Below are positions 35,594 through 45,063 of a stretch of DNA of 51,207 nucleotides, one piece after another; the stretch's first letter is position 1, and the number at the start of each line of letters is the position of its first letter. The DNA comes from an uncultured Candidatus Nitrosotenuis sp. (GTDB lineage Archaea; Thermoproteota; Nitrososphaeria; Nitrososphaerales; Nitrosopumilaceae). The DNA lies in NCBI GenBank assembly GCA_964542205.1, contig CAZITM010000002.1, positions 1-51,207 of the forward strand, written 5' to 3'. A program made the position numbers and the translations under genes. Below the pieces are notes generated by a model. The model saw only the letters and a program-made list of their open reading frames with translations, was not told where the DNA came from and searched no databases.

Positions 35594-36013
35594 TTGAAAA
35601 CAATCCTTGCCAGCATGGTTGCAATCGTTTGTGTGTGTTTGGTTAGTCAAACAGCATCCGGATTTGTGATGGTGCCAAGCACTTCCTTTGTGGTATTGTC
35701 CAGCTGTGATTCTGGATATCTGATAAAGGACTGTCAAAACAAGGCGACGATTACACATGTCAAGAGCTACTCGGTCAACCTGAAAGAATCACTTGAAATG
35801 GATAGTGGCGACAAAAAACAGGAAGCAAAAACCAAGGAAAAAAAACCGACTGCAAAAAAAGAAAAGAACTCAAAATACAAACTCTGCGACAAATACAAGG
35901 ACAATGCAAAAAAATTCAATGCCTGCAAAAAATCAATCGATAAAAAACTGGACAAAAAATCGAAAAAAACAAAACACGACACGGTAAAAAATTCCATTAG
36001 CAACATTCGATAG
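35594..36013 (+). CDS. Secreted Lys-rich hypothetical protein ending KTKHDTVKNSISNIR
   Basis: Signal-peptide-like N-terminus, Cys pairs, highly basic C-terminal half. Confidence 0.65.
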   Translation: MKTILASMVAIVCVCLVSQTASGFVMVPSTSFVVLSSCDSGYLIKDCQNKATITHVKSYSVNLKESLEMDSGDKKQEAKTKEKKPTAKKEKNSKYKLCDKYKDNAKKFNACKKSIDKKLDKKSKKTKHDTVKNSISNIR

Positions 36014-36046
36014 GAAAAATAATGACCAGTCTGTGATCCAGCTCGT

Positions 36047-36844
36047 TTGATCATAAGAAAGGCAAAGCCAAGCGACAAAAAACCGATCCTCGGCTTTTTA
36101 CACAAAACATTCCAGTGGGGGGACTATATCAAAAGGGTCTGGGATTTCTGGCTTGCCAAAAAAACACTTTATACCATAGAAGAAGACGGCAGGCCGATTG
36201 GGATCTGTAACGCATCACTTTCAGACCACCAAGTCTGGCTTGAGGGACTGAGAATCCACCCCAAGTTCCGCAGAAAGGGATATGCAAGCAGGCTTGTGCT
36301 TGATATAGAATCGATTGCAGCAAAAAAAGGTCGCAAAATCTCAAGAATGCTGATTGCCAAGGAAAACACACACTCACTCAAAATGGCAAAATCGCTTGGC
36401 TACAAAATAGAAAGCGAGTGGTGGCTCTACAACCTAAGGCCAAAAAGACGAGACACCAGCGTCCGTTTTGCTGCCAAACCAAGACAGCTTCAAGGTCTGA
36501 TAGGGCCTGGCAGCTATTCAGAATCATGGGAGTGGTTTTTGCTAGACAAAAAGGCACTCAACGATCTTGTCAAAAAGAAAAGGGTTCTCGTAGCATACCA
36601 AGACAAAAAGCCAATAGGAATCGGAATATGGAACAAGTCCTATATCGACAGGGATGTACTGCAGCTTGGTTACATAAACGGTACAAGGCCTGGAATGAAG
36701 ATGATACTGCATTTTATGCAAAACAAGGCATACCAGCTGAAATCAAAAAGGGTCCAAGTCTTGGCGCCGCAAAAAATCAAGCTAAACGAAAAAATCCTAG
36801 ACAAAAGGATGCTTTTTTGCCTGATGAGAAAGGATCTACGCTGA
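36047..36844 (+). CDS. GNAT-family N-acetyltransferase
   Basis: WGDYI, WLEGLRIHPKFRRKGYAS and N..S......LGY motifs. Confidence 0.9.
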   Translation: MIIRKAKPSDKKPILGFLHKTFQWGDYIKRVWDFWLAKKTLYTIEEDGRPIGICNASLSDHQVWLEGLRIHPKFRRKGYASRLVLDIESIAAKKGRKISRMLIAKENTHSLKMAKSLGYKIESEWWLYNLRPKRRDTSVRFAAKPRQLQGLIGPGSYSESWEWFLLDKKALNDLVKKKRVLVAYQDKKPIGIGIWNKSYIDRDVLQLGYINGTRPGMKMILHFMQNKAYQLKSKRVQVLAPQKIKLNEKILDKRMLFCLMRKDLR

Positions 36845-38731
36845 CAAGCCGTCGCAGGCCTCGATGAACCATCTTGGCAGATCGTTTCTCTGATAGTATA
36901 CCATTCTTTCTGCCTTGGAGTCCAGCACATACGTCATGGCATGATCTCCGACATGCCGAATGCTGCGGCCGGCCATCTGGAGCAGCCTGAAGGCGGACTT
37001 GAGATAGTACCTTCTGTGATCCGGCTCGGAATCGTAAATTTTCTTCATTCGGAGATCATCTACTGTGGGATAATAGGGGGCCTTGACAATTATCTGGAAC
37101 CTGCTGTCGTCGTCCGGGAGATTTACGCCAGATTCAAGCCCTGGAGATATGAGAACAGAGTTCGGGGTGTTTTTGTGTGCCAATATTGCTTCGGTCTTGT
37201 CTTGGCCGCGTTGCAGCGCAAAGAGCCTTGGCTTTAGCTCAGGCGAGATCTTTTCCAAAATATAGTCAAGCTGTGAGTAACTGGTAAGCAAGATTATGCC
37301 CCGCTGGCCTGATCTGAGCTTCAAAATAGCCTCGATTTGCGATATTATCCTATCGGGAAGAACTGCCTCTGCGTTTGCCTCGACGTACTCGGTTTTCAAA
37401 AACACGACCTTTCTATTCTGGACTGGGATGTTGGAATCTTCGTTTATGAAATACACCTCGTCCATTCTAAAGCCGGTCTCCTTGCAGAACAGCTCCAAGT
37501 TTATTGTGGCCGACATGAACAGCGCAAGATCGAAACCCAATGTCAGCTCGTCCATGAACCAGTGGATATGCCACGGCTTGATGGTGACCTCGTCAAAGTT
37601 CCGATTAGGATTTTTGTCGTCATGGATCTTGGAGTGGATGTCCGTTATGATATAGTTCTGGTCCGCTGATTCTAGTCCCTTTTGCAAAATCTTCATTTTC
37701 GTGGTATAGTTTTTGAGATCGTTTAGGACAAAATGGTTGATGTACCTATGATCGAACTTACACTCTACATGGTCTTTGCATCTTAGGAACTCTTTGGTCC
37801 TGATGTATTCGCGGACCTTGCCACACTGGGTGCACCCCTCGGTTATCTTGATGCCGTGTCGGATGCAGTGAGTGTGCTTTTTGATGTGTTCTTCTGACTG
37901 GAGGTACAGGGTGTGCTCTGCACATTCCTTGATGACTGATTCTCTTTTTTTGAATGCATCTGCAAAGGAATTGACGTACTGCTTTATCTTGCCAAGATCA
38001 GAGCTTACAGAAAACCTTGGCATCTCCACTCCGAGCAGCTCGCCATAAAAGCCGTTGAGGTTTGTCGCAAGCTGGTTTGCCAGCTCCTCGTCTAGCTCGT
38101 GTGCCTCGTCGCAGACAAGCAGTTTTCTCTGCGGCATTTCTTCTCCGGACAAAAGGTGTGAAAGGTACGATGCGTAAGAATATGCGACAAAGCTGGACTT
38201 TTTGCCTATTTCTATTTGGTCATAGTATGGGCATTTTCTTGGCATGTCCTCGCCAGTAACAGACTCTGCTATTGTGCCCTTATTTGATATGGCATAGGAT
38301 TCTGGCTTTGGCTTGAAAGCACAGTCATTACAGTAGCCGTGCGTGCAGTCAAAGACGCGGTTTGTCTGCTCGCACAAGAACCGCTTTTTTCCCCGTACCG
38401 TGTTGAAAAAACCAAACTCGTTTCGGTACTGGTCCTGCAACAAAACAGTCGATGTAAGGACCGTAGCTGATCGTAAATACAGGGAAAGTGCAATCGCAAT
38501 CCAGCTCTTGCCGGTTCCGGTGGGCGCAGAAAGCAGGATCTTTTTGTATCCTGACTCTATTGCGTGCTGGATCTTTTTGATTATCTCGTACTGTTTTGGG
38601 GTGGGCTCTTTTCCTGCGAACTTGCCGACCAGATCCAGCGCCTCTGTTAGGGAAATGGGCTCCCGTGGCCTTTTCAGATCGATTTCCGGATAGCTGGAAC
38701 GTAGCCTTCTACCCACGGCGTCAAACTGCAT
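36836..38731 (-). CDS. DinG/Rad3(XPD)-family SF2 helicase
   Basis: APTGTGKS, LQDQY, DEAH, MSAT, GVNLPDD, QMAGRSIR..D motifs; Cys cluster ending in CPYY after motif Ia. Confidence 0.9.
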   Translation of the reverse strand: MQFDAVGRRLRSSYPEIDLKRPREPISLTEALDLVGKFAGKEPTPKQYEIIKKIQHAIESGYKKILLSAPTGTGKSWIAIALSLYLRSATVLTSTVLLQDQYRNEFGFFNTVRGKKRFLCEQTNRVFDCTHGYCNDCAFKPKPESYAISNKGTIAESVTGEDMPRKCPYYDQIEIGKKSSFVAYSYASYLSHLLSGEEMPQRKLLVCDEAHELDEELANQLATNLNGFYGELLGVEMPRFSVSSDLGKIKQYVNSFADAFKKRESVIKECAEHTLYLQSEEHIKKHTHCIRHGIKITEGCTQCGKVREYIRTKEFLRCKDHVECKFDHRYINHFVLNDLKNYTTKMKILQKGLESADQNYIITDIHSKIHDDKNPNRNFDEVTIKPWHIHWFMDELTLGFDLALFMSATINLELFCKETGFRMDEVYFINEDSNIPVQNRKVVFLKTEYVEANAEAVLPDRIISQIEAILKLRSGQRGIILLTSYSQLDYILEKISPELKPRLFALQRGQDKTEAILAHKNTPNSVLISPGLESGVNLPDDDSRFQIIVKAPYYPTVDDLRMKKIYDSEPDHRRYYLKSAFRLLQMAGRSIRHVGDHAMTYVLDSKAERMVYYQRNDLPRWFIEACDGLSA

Positions 38732-38865
38732 GATATGTCAAAAAAATGTGCGCTTATAAAAGCGAGTGGTAATTCACCACTCTAAACCAGCTAAATTTTT
38801 AGCTCACACCAGCTCAATGCCGAGTCAATGAAATCCTTGATTAATCATCAAAATCATATAAAATC

Positions 38866-38994
38866 ATGAAAGCAAAGTTCGCAACATCGTGTGTTTCCTG
38901 CGGCGACAAGATCTCACCGGGCAAGGAAATTGCAAAGAACGAAGAAGGGAAATGGGTTCACAAGCACTGTGCGCCAGAGCAAGAACTACTCTAG
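38866..38994 (+). CDS. 42-aa zinc-finger microprotein (PARP-type/LIM-like CxxC...HxxC; below the ORF-track cutoff)
   Basis: MKAKFATSCVSCGDKISPGKEIAKNEEGKWVHKHCAPEQELL*. Its 3' end overlaps the convergent methyltransferase gene. Confidence 0.75.
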   Translation: MKAKFATSCVSCGDKISPGKEIAKNEEGKWVHKHCAPEQELL

Positions 38995-39777
38995 ATTGTT
39001 CAGTTTTGCAATATCGTGACTGAGAATCAACACCTCTCTTGATTCTTTATTGTTTGACATTCCGTATTTCCAGTCGGGATATAAAATGACAAAATTGGAA
39101 TAAAGATCATGAATTTCCTTGGAATTGTTATATGATAAAATCCAGCTATTGTGCTTTTTGAGCAGTTTTGCCAATCCTCTATGATCAAAACCTATGTGCA
39201 GATCACCCTTTCTGCCGTACAGTTTGCTTTGTATCAAGTATGGTGGATCCAAGTACAGCAGCATGTTTTTGTGTCTTGGAATCGAGTCTTTGAAATCTGC
39301 AAATTCCACAGACAGATTTTCGAGCCTAAAGTGACGCAGCCTATCAATCGATGATTTTGTGAATCTTGGATTGTTGTCACATCCGCCGGATGCCATGCCG
39401 CCAGAAAGAGTCGAGCCGGAAAAAGATGATCTGTTCAGGACAAAAAACAATGTGGCACGTTCCAGCTTGTTTTTTGATTCGAGCTGAATCTTTTGTAATT
39501 CGTAGAATCTCTCCTTTCTTAATGGGCGGTATCTTTCCACACTATCTGCTAGGGTGTTAGGATCGGTCAGCAAAATCTGCCAAAAATCAACCAACGGCCG
39601 AAAGATGTCATATCCGTATACTCGGATGCCGTTCTGTGCACAAAATATCTCAAAAGAGCCGCCGCCAAAAAACGGCGAACACAACTCTTTTGTGCCTTTT
39701 GGGATGTATTTTGAAATGATCTTGACTGCTCTTGATTTTCCACCTGGATAACGCAGTGGCGATCGCACGATCATCAA
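38986..39777 (-). CDS. Dam-like (D12 class) DNA adenine methyltransferase, orphan in this window
   Basis: SPLRYPGGKS, PFFGGGS, LNRSSFSG, YLDPPY and ILSYN motifs. Confidence 0.92.
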   Translation of the reverse strand: MMIVRSPLRYPGGKSRAVKIISKYIPKGTKELCSPFFGGGSFEIFCAQNGIRVYGYDIFRPLVDFWQILLTDPNTLADSVERYRPLRKERFYELQKIQLESKNKLERATLFFVLNRSSFSGSTLSGGMASGGCDNNPRFTKSSIDRLRHFRLENLSVEFADFKDSIPRHKNMLLYLDPPYLIQSKLYGRKGDLHIGFDHRGLAKLLKKHNSWILSYNNSKEIHDLYSNFVILYPDWKYGMSNNKESREVLILSHDIAKLNNLE

Positions 39778-39819
39778 TTCTAAATCATTTTATTTGATCA
39801 AAGAGTACGTTATTTAGCT

Positions 39820-41391
39820 TTGATTGAGAACGAAAACACTTGGGCAAGGGCAGTACAGAACAACAAAACAGACGAATTTCACAAAAAATTTGACTCTGCC
39901 ATAGAATCGCTTAAAAAAGAGCTCGGCAAGACCTATCCACTAATCATAGGCGGAAAAGAGATACACTCTGATGCTCTTTTCGAGGTGAGATCCCCATCCG
40001 ATACCAGAATTGTTCTGGCAAAGTTTCCTCTTGCGACAAAAGAGCAGACACAACAAGCGATCGAATCGGCAAGTGAGGCCTTTCCAGAGTGGAGTGCTAC
40101 TCATTACCAGCATCGGGTGGGATTGTTCCGAGAAACAGCAAGCAAGTTCTCTGAGCAAAAATTCACACTCGCAGCCATAATTAGCATGGAAAACGGCAAA
40201 AACAGACTCGAGGCAATGGGCGAAATCGACGAGACGATCGACTTTCTACGGTTCTATGCAGATCAGATGGAATCAAATCAGGGATTTGTAAAACCGACAA
40301 AAAACGCAAACCCAAACGAAAAAACCCAAAGTGTCCTAAAACCATACGGAGTCTGGGGGGTGATTCCGCCGTTCAACTTCCCGTCTGCAATTGCAATCGG
40401 GATGAGCAGCGGCGCACTCATTACCGGCAATACAGTTGTACTGAAACCTGCAAGCGACACGCCAATTTCCGCATTCAAGTTCGTTGAGGCGATTTACAAA
40501 AAGGTTCCATCCGGTGCAATAAACCTCGTAACAGGACAAGGATCCATAGTAGGACAGGCAATAATCGAAAGCAGCCTGGTCAGTGGAATTGCATTTACCG
40601 GATCAAAAGAAGTCGGCATGTCGGGGTTTAGGAAATTCACCAGCGTTGCTCCAAGACCATTCATCTCCGAAATGGGCGGAAAAAACCCAGTAATAGTTAC
40701 GGATTCCGCAGATCTTGAAAAGGCAACAGACGGTGTCTTGCGTGCGGCATTTGGATATGGCGGACAAAAATGTAGTGCATGTTCGCGGGTATATGTGCAA
40801 AAAAACATTGCAAACAAGTTCATGGAAAAACTCGTCTCAAAAACCCAGAACCTCAAGATAGGCATCCCCTGGGAAAAGGACACATACTTGGGCCCAATAA
40901 TCAACGAATCTGCAAAAAAGAAATTTGAAAAAGCAGTAGAGCAGGCAAGAAGGGACGGCAAAATAATCTTTGGGGGCGAGATCTTAGAGGACGGAATATA
41001 CCAAAATGGTTACTATGTAAAACCCACAATCGTTACAAACCTACCAAAGAACCATGAACTGATAAAAAAAGAACTATTTTTGCCGTTTTTGTGCGTCCAG
41101 GAATTCGATTCCTTTGACGATGCCATAAAGCAGGCAAACGATTCTGAATACGGCCTCACTGCAGGCATATTCAGCCAGGACAAAAAAGAAGTGGACGAGT
41201 TTTTCTCAAAAATAGAGGCAGGTGTAGCATACGCAAACAGGGCCCAAAGCGCAACCACGGGAGCAATGGTGCAGGCACAGCCTTTTGTCGGCTGGAAAAG
41301 CTCCGGAATATCTGGCAAGGGCGCAGGTGGGGCATACTATCTGACACAGTTTATGCGGGAGCAAACGCAGACCATCTGCAACGAAGGATAG
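39820..41391 (+). CDS. Aldehyde dehydrogenase, RocA/PutA-type 1-pyrroline-5-carboxylate dehydrogenase
   Basis: PPFNFP, FTGSKEVG, EMGGKN, GQKCSACSR, YGLTAG and TGA.V..QPF.GWK.SG motifs. Confidence 0.88.
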   Translation: MIENENTWARAVQNNKTDEFHKKFDSAIESLKKELGKTYPLIIGGKEIHSDALFEVRSPSDTRIVLAKFPLATKEQTQQAIESASEAFPEWSATHYQHRVGLFRETASKFSEQKFTLAAIISMENGKNRLEAMGEIDETIDFLRFYADQMESNQGFVKPTKNANPNEKTQSVLKPYGVWGVIPPFNFPSAIAIGMSSGALITGNTVVLKPASDTPISAFKFVEAIYKKVPSGAINLVTGQGSIVGQAIIESSLVSGIAFTGSKEVGMSGFRKFTSVAPRPFISEMGGKNPVIVTDSADLEKATDGVLRAAFGYGGQKCSACSRVYVQKNIANKFMEKLVSKTQNLKIGIPWEKDTYLGPIINESAKKKFEKAVEQARRDGKIIFGGEILEDGIYQNGYYVKPTIVTNLPKNHELIKKELFLPFLCVQEFDSFDDAIKQANDSEYGLTAGIFSQDKKEVDEFFSKIEAGVAYANRAQSATTGAMVQAQPFVGWKSSGISGKGAGGAYYLTQFMREQTQTICNEG

Positions 41392-41520
41392 TCTTTCAAA
41401 AGCTTTGATATAAACAGATTTGTTAAACTGGAATTTAATCAATCCTCTTATAGTTTTTTGTTGTTATTTCAGAATAATGTCTGCGCAATGCTTAATTGCA
41501 AAGGGGAATTGTGCTTTCTG

Positions 41521-43749
41521 TTGAATTTTAAAATTACACTAGCTATAGTAGCTGCAATTTCCGTGGCTGGCTCCTTTGGGATATTTCTTACAATGATGCC
41601 TGCTCACTCTCCACCTAGCTCTCCGTATATGGTTCCACCAATTGTATTTGAAAAACCACCACTGGTGTCCTTTGGAGGCTCACAAGAGCTGAAAAAATTC
41701 TCATCATACGATGAAATCAAAAAATTCCTCCAAGAATCACAAATGTCTAGTAGTTATTATTATGATACAAATACCGGCACAGTCAGTCTCGACAGAACAT
41801 CATTTCTAACACTTCAGTCAGGCAGCATGCGTGAGGGCGGACCAATTCTTGAAGAAAAAATGCGACTTGCACAAGAGCCGGCACCACGACCGGTACCTCC
41901 TCCCGACGCAAACTGGTACTCTGGTTCTGGAATACCAGATTATTCCGTTACTAACGTCCAAGTCAAAAACGTAGATGAGCCAGATTTTCTAAAAAATGAC
42001 AACAAGTACGCCTACATCGTATATGGTGACAAGCTCACAATCATAGAAGCATATCCTGCCGAGTCCGCAAAAATAGTGCTTAAAATAGGCATCGACATCG
42101 CAGAAGGCCAATCAATACAAAACATCTTTCTTAACAAAGACAGGCTGGTGATCTTCTACCAGGACTATCAGGAAACCGACTACATCCCAGAGTACGGGTT
42201 TGCGCCAACAAAGATCTACTCGAATCTAACCCATATCATAATAATGGACGTATCAGACAAGCAAAATCCAAAAATCATCAAGGATTATTCCGTTAATGGT
42301 TACTACCACAACGCCAGGATGATTGGAGATATCGTATATCTGATATCGATAGCCGAGGTAAACCATTACCAGCCAATCATTCCTCTGGTTAGGGAAGGAT
42401 CAAAAATCATCGCAAACCCAGACGTCTTTTACTTTGACAACCCCGAGCAATACTATAACTTCAATACGGTTACTGCAATCGATATCTCTTCAAACAAGAT
42501 AAGATCAGAGACCTTCATGATGGGTGGTGCAGGGACGATATACATGTCAGAAGATAATCTCTATCTCACATATCAAAAAAACCTCCCATATCACTACTAT
42601 CAAGCCCAAGAAAAGAGCAGGTTCTTTGATGCGATAGTCCCTGTCCTGCCCTCGGAGCTGCAGCAAAAGATCAAAGAGATATCGCAGGATCCTACACTGA
42701 GCGAGAGCCAAAAATGGAGCAAGGTATCGGAGCTGCTCCAGGACACCTACAACAAAATGTCACAGTCCGAAAAATCGCAGTTATTTGCGAAAATTCAAAA
42801 CGCCATAAACGAATACGAGCTCAAAATCCAGCAACAAACAATGCGAACCGTAGTACACAAAATCGCACTGAACCAAGGCACACTCAAGTATGCAGCAAAG
42901 GGCGAGGTTCCCGGCAGGTTGCTAAACCAGTTTTCGATGGACGAGTCTAAAAACAGGCTCAGGATAGCAACGACGTCTGAATACTATGGCCAAAGGACAA
43001 TTCTGCACAACAACGTCTATGTCTTAGACGAGAACCTAAACCAAGTGGGCGCACTGGAACAAATAGCCAAAGACGAATCCATCTATTCCACCAGATTCAT
43101 GGGCGACAGGCTATACATGGTGACATTTAAGAGAATAGATCCGTTCTTTGTAATTGATCTGTCTGGCGATACGCCAAAGGTACTGGGCGAGCTAAAGATT
43201 CCAGGATTTTCGAACTATTTGCACCCATATGATGAAAACCACATAATTGGAATTGGAAGGGATACAAAGGAAACCCGGGGAGCCGGTGTACAGGTAGAGG
43301 GAGTCAAGATAGCACTGTTTGATGTGACAAATGTGTCAAACCCGACCACAATCGATGTTGAAACCATAGGAAAACAGGGAGCCGACTCTGAGGTATTATC
43401 AGATCACAAGGCGCTGCTCTTTGACAGGCAAAGGAACCTGCTCTCGCTTCCGATCTCAGACTATGGGCAGCAGACATATGTAGATGGCAGATATATGGAG
43501 CCAAAAACATGGTGGGGATTTTATGTATTTGATGTGAATGGATCTGGATTCACACTCAAAGGAAAAATCGAGCACTCTAACGGCACAGGATACGAATACT
43601 TTGGGTATGGCAGCAGATCATTTTACATCGACGATACCCTGTATACAGTAAGCCCGAACCTGATGAAAATGAACAAGCTCTCAGACCTGCACGAAGTAAA
43701 CCAGCTAAAGTTCAGAGATGAAGCAAAGCTAGTTCACTATATCGACTAG
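41521..43749 (+). CDS. Secreted beta-propeller-domain protein (COG4880-like)
   Basis: YSVTNVQVKNVDEPD, GRLLNQFSMDE, IYSTRFMGDR, DPFFVIDL, GELKIPGFSNYLHP. Start tentatively moved to the TTG at 41521. Confidence 0.88.
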   Translation: MNFKITLAIVAAISVAGSFGIFLTMMPAHSPPSSPYMVPPIVFEKPPLVSFGGSQELKKFSSYDEIKKFLQESQMSSSYYYDTNTGTVSLDRTSFLTLQSGSMREGGPILEEKMRLAQEPAPRPVPPPDANWYSGSGIPDYSVTNVQVKNVDEPDFLKNDNKYAYIVYGDKLTIIEAYPAESAKIVLKIGIDIAEGQSIQNIFLNKDRLVIFYQDYQETDYIPEYGFAPTKIYSNLTHIIIMDVSDKQNPKIIKDYSVNGYYHNARMIGDIVYLISIAEVNHYQPIIPLVREGSKIIANPDVFYFDNPEQYYNFNTVTAIDISSNKIRSETFMMGGAGTIYMSEDNLYLTYQKNLPYHYYQAQEKSRFFDAIVPVLPSELQQKIKEISQDPTLSESQKWSKVSELLQDTYNKMSQSEKSQLFAKIQNAINEYELKIQQQTMRTVVHKIALNQGTLKYAAKGEVPGRLLNQFSMDESKNRLRIATTSEYYGQRTILHNNVYVLDENLNQVGALEQIAKDESIYSTRFMGDRLYMVTFKRIDPFFVIDLSGDTPKVLGELKIPGFSNYLHPYDENHIIGIGRDTKETRGAGVQVEGVKIALFDVTNVSNPTTIDVETIGKQGADSEVLSDHKALLFDRQRNLLSLPISDYGQQTYVDGRYMEPKTWWGFYVFDVNGSGFTLKGKIEHSNGTGYEYFGYGSRSFYIDDTLYTVSPNLMKMNKLSDLHEVNQLKFRDEAKLVHYID

Positions 43750-45063
43750 TTATTTTCTGAGGTATTTTCTTGCCCTTGTAATTATTATGGCGGGTGTGAC
43801 AAAGTAAATTCCTACATTTAGGAGAATAATTCCAATTCCATATCCAAGCATCTCTGATTCCGAATCAATGTCTACGTAGTTTAGCATGGACAAAGCGGAA
43901 AGCATCGGAGTCAGAGCCAGCTGTACTGCTTGCCTAAACACAGGGCTTTGCCTTTCCCAGTCTGCCACAACAGGGCTAAATGAATAGTAAAAGCCGTTAA
44001 ACCCACTCATAAATGCAAGCCCGGAGCCTGTCTGCAGCACTGTTCCGTCTCGCAACTCACGCAATAACTGGACCTGGGGTGCAAGCTCGGTTCCAAAGGC
44101 CGCAGTGGCAATAAGACAGCCGCTTTGTTCTGGCTTGGGCTCTTCTTTCTCGGAAATGGTCTGTGTCCCTTCGGTTTCTTCGACCGGCTCGTGCAGATCG
44201 TCTCCAACAAACTCTTCTCTTTCTTCCTCGGTTTTCACAACTTCTCTTTGTGCCTTTGCCTGCTCTTTGGCCTTTTTGATTCCTTCCTCAATTGCTTCCT
44301 TTTGTTCCGGCGAATACGTTCCCTGCTGGTGTGGCAGTTTGCCTAAAAGTGCCTTTGCCTGTCTGATGTCCTCCGCATCATATCCAAGCTCGCTTAGCTC
44401 TTTTTCGAATTCGGCCTCTGTTATCTCACCGTTTTTGTATTTTTCAAACACTATCTCATCGGCATCCTGAGATTCCGGCTCGGACTTGACCTGAGCCTCC
44501 GTTACCGTAAATGTCACGGTTTTTCTGATGTCGTAAAGGTCAGACCTCTGTATGCCCCAGCCGAACTTTATCTCGTATTGGCCTAGTGGCTGCGTCTTGC
44601 TGTTGCATACCGTACCGTATCTCGCAATGGTCTTGCCGTTCACCTTGATATCGCAGACAGACTCCCACTGGCCGCTCTGAATCATGGGCTTTGGGTTATC
44701 TTCGCTAAACAGGGCAAATGTGACAGTCTTGGGGGCCACCTTGTCGTCGTTTATCTCCTCAAATGAATACAAGGGAAAACAGTCCTCTCCTGCGCAGTTG
44801 TTTGCAATCCCGCCGCTAACTGCGGTGACAAACGGGAGATACACAAAAAACTCTATTCGCGGGTCTTGGCCTCGCGGCGGAGGCGGCATGTTTGTAACCT
44901 TTATCTCGATTTTGGTGCCTGGAGGGCCAGAAAGCGGAGTTACTGTAATGTCAGGCATTCCAAAACCCATACCACTAGAGTTAAACTCCGATTGGGCAAA
45001 CGACTCCGGCACTTGATTTACTAGCAAAACGGCAAAAACAGCTAAAACCAGCTTAGAGATCAA
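43750..45063 (-). CDS. Cell-surface protein with a CFI-box-CTERM domain
   Basis: Signal peptide; SHOCT-like KYKNGEITEAEFEK; SGCLIATAAFGTELAPQVQLLRELRD...FYYSFSP; C-terminal TM helix. Confidence 0.88.
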   Translation of the reverse strand: MISKLVLAVFAVLLVNQVPESFAQSEFNSSGMGFGMPDITVTPLSGPPGTKIEIKVTNMPPPPRGQDPRIEFFVYLPFVTAVSGGIANNCAGEDCFPLYSFEEINDDKVAPKTVTFALFSEDNPKPMIQSGQWESVCDIKVNGKTIARYGTVCNSKTQPLGQYEIKFGWGIQRSDLYDIRKTVTFTVTEAQVKSEPESQDADEIVFEKYKNGEITEAEFEKELSELGYDAEDIRQAKALLGKLPHQQGTYSPEQKEAIEEGIKKAKEQAKAQREVVKTEEEREEFVGDDLHEPVEETEGTQTISEKEEPKPEQSGCLIATAAFGTELAPQVQLLRELRDGTVLQTGSGLAFMSGFNGFYYSFSPVVADWERQSPVFRQAVQLALTPMLSALSMLNYVDIDSESEMLGYGIGIILLNVGIYFVTPAIIITRARKYLRK

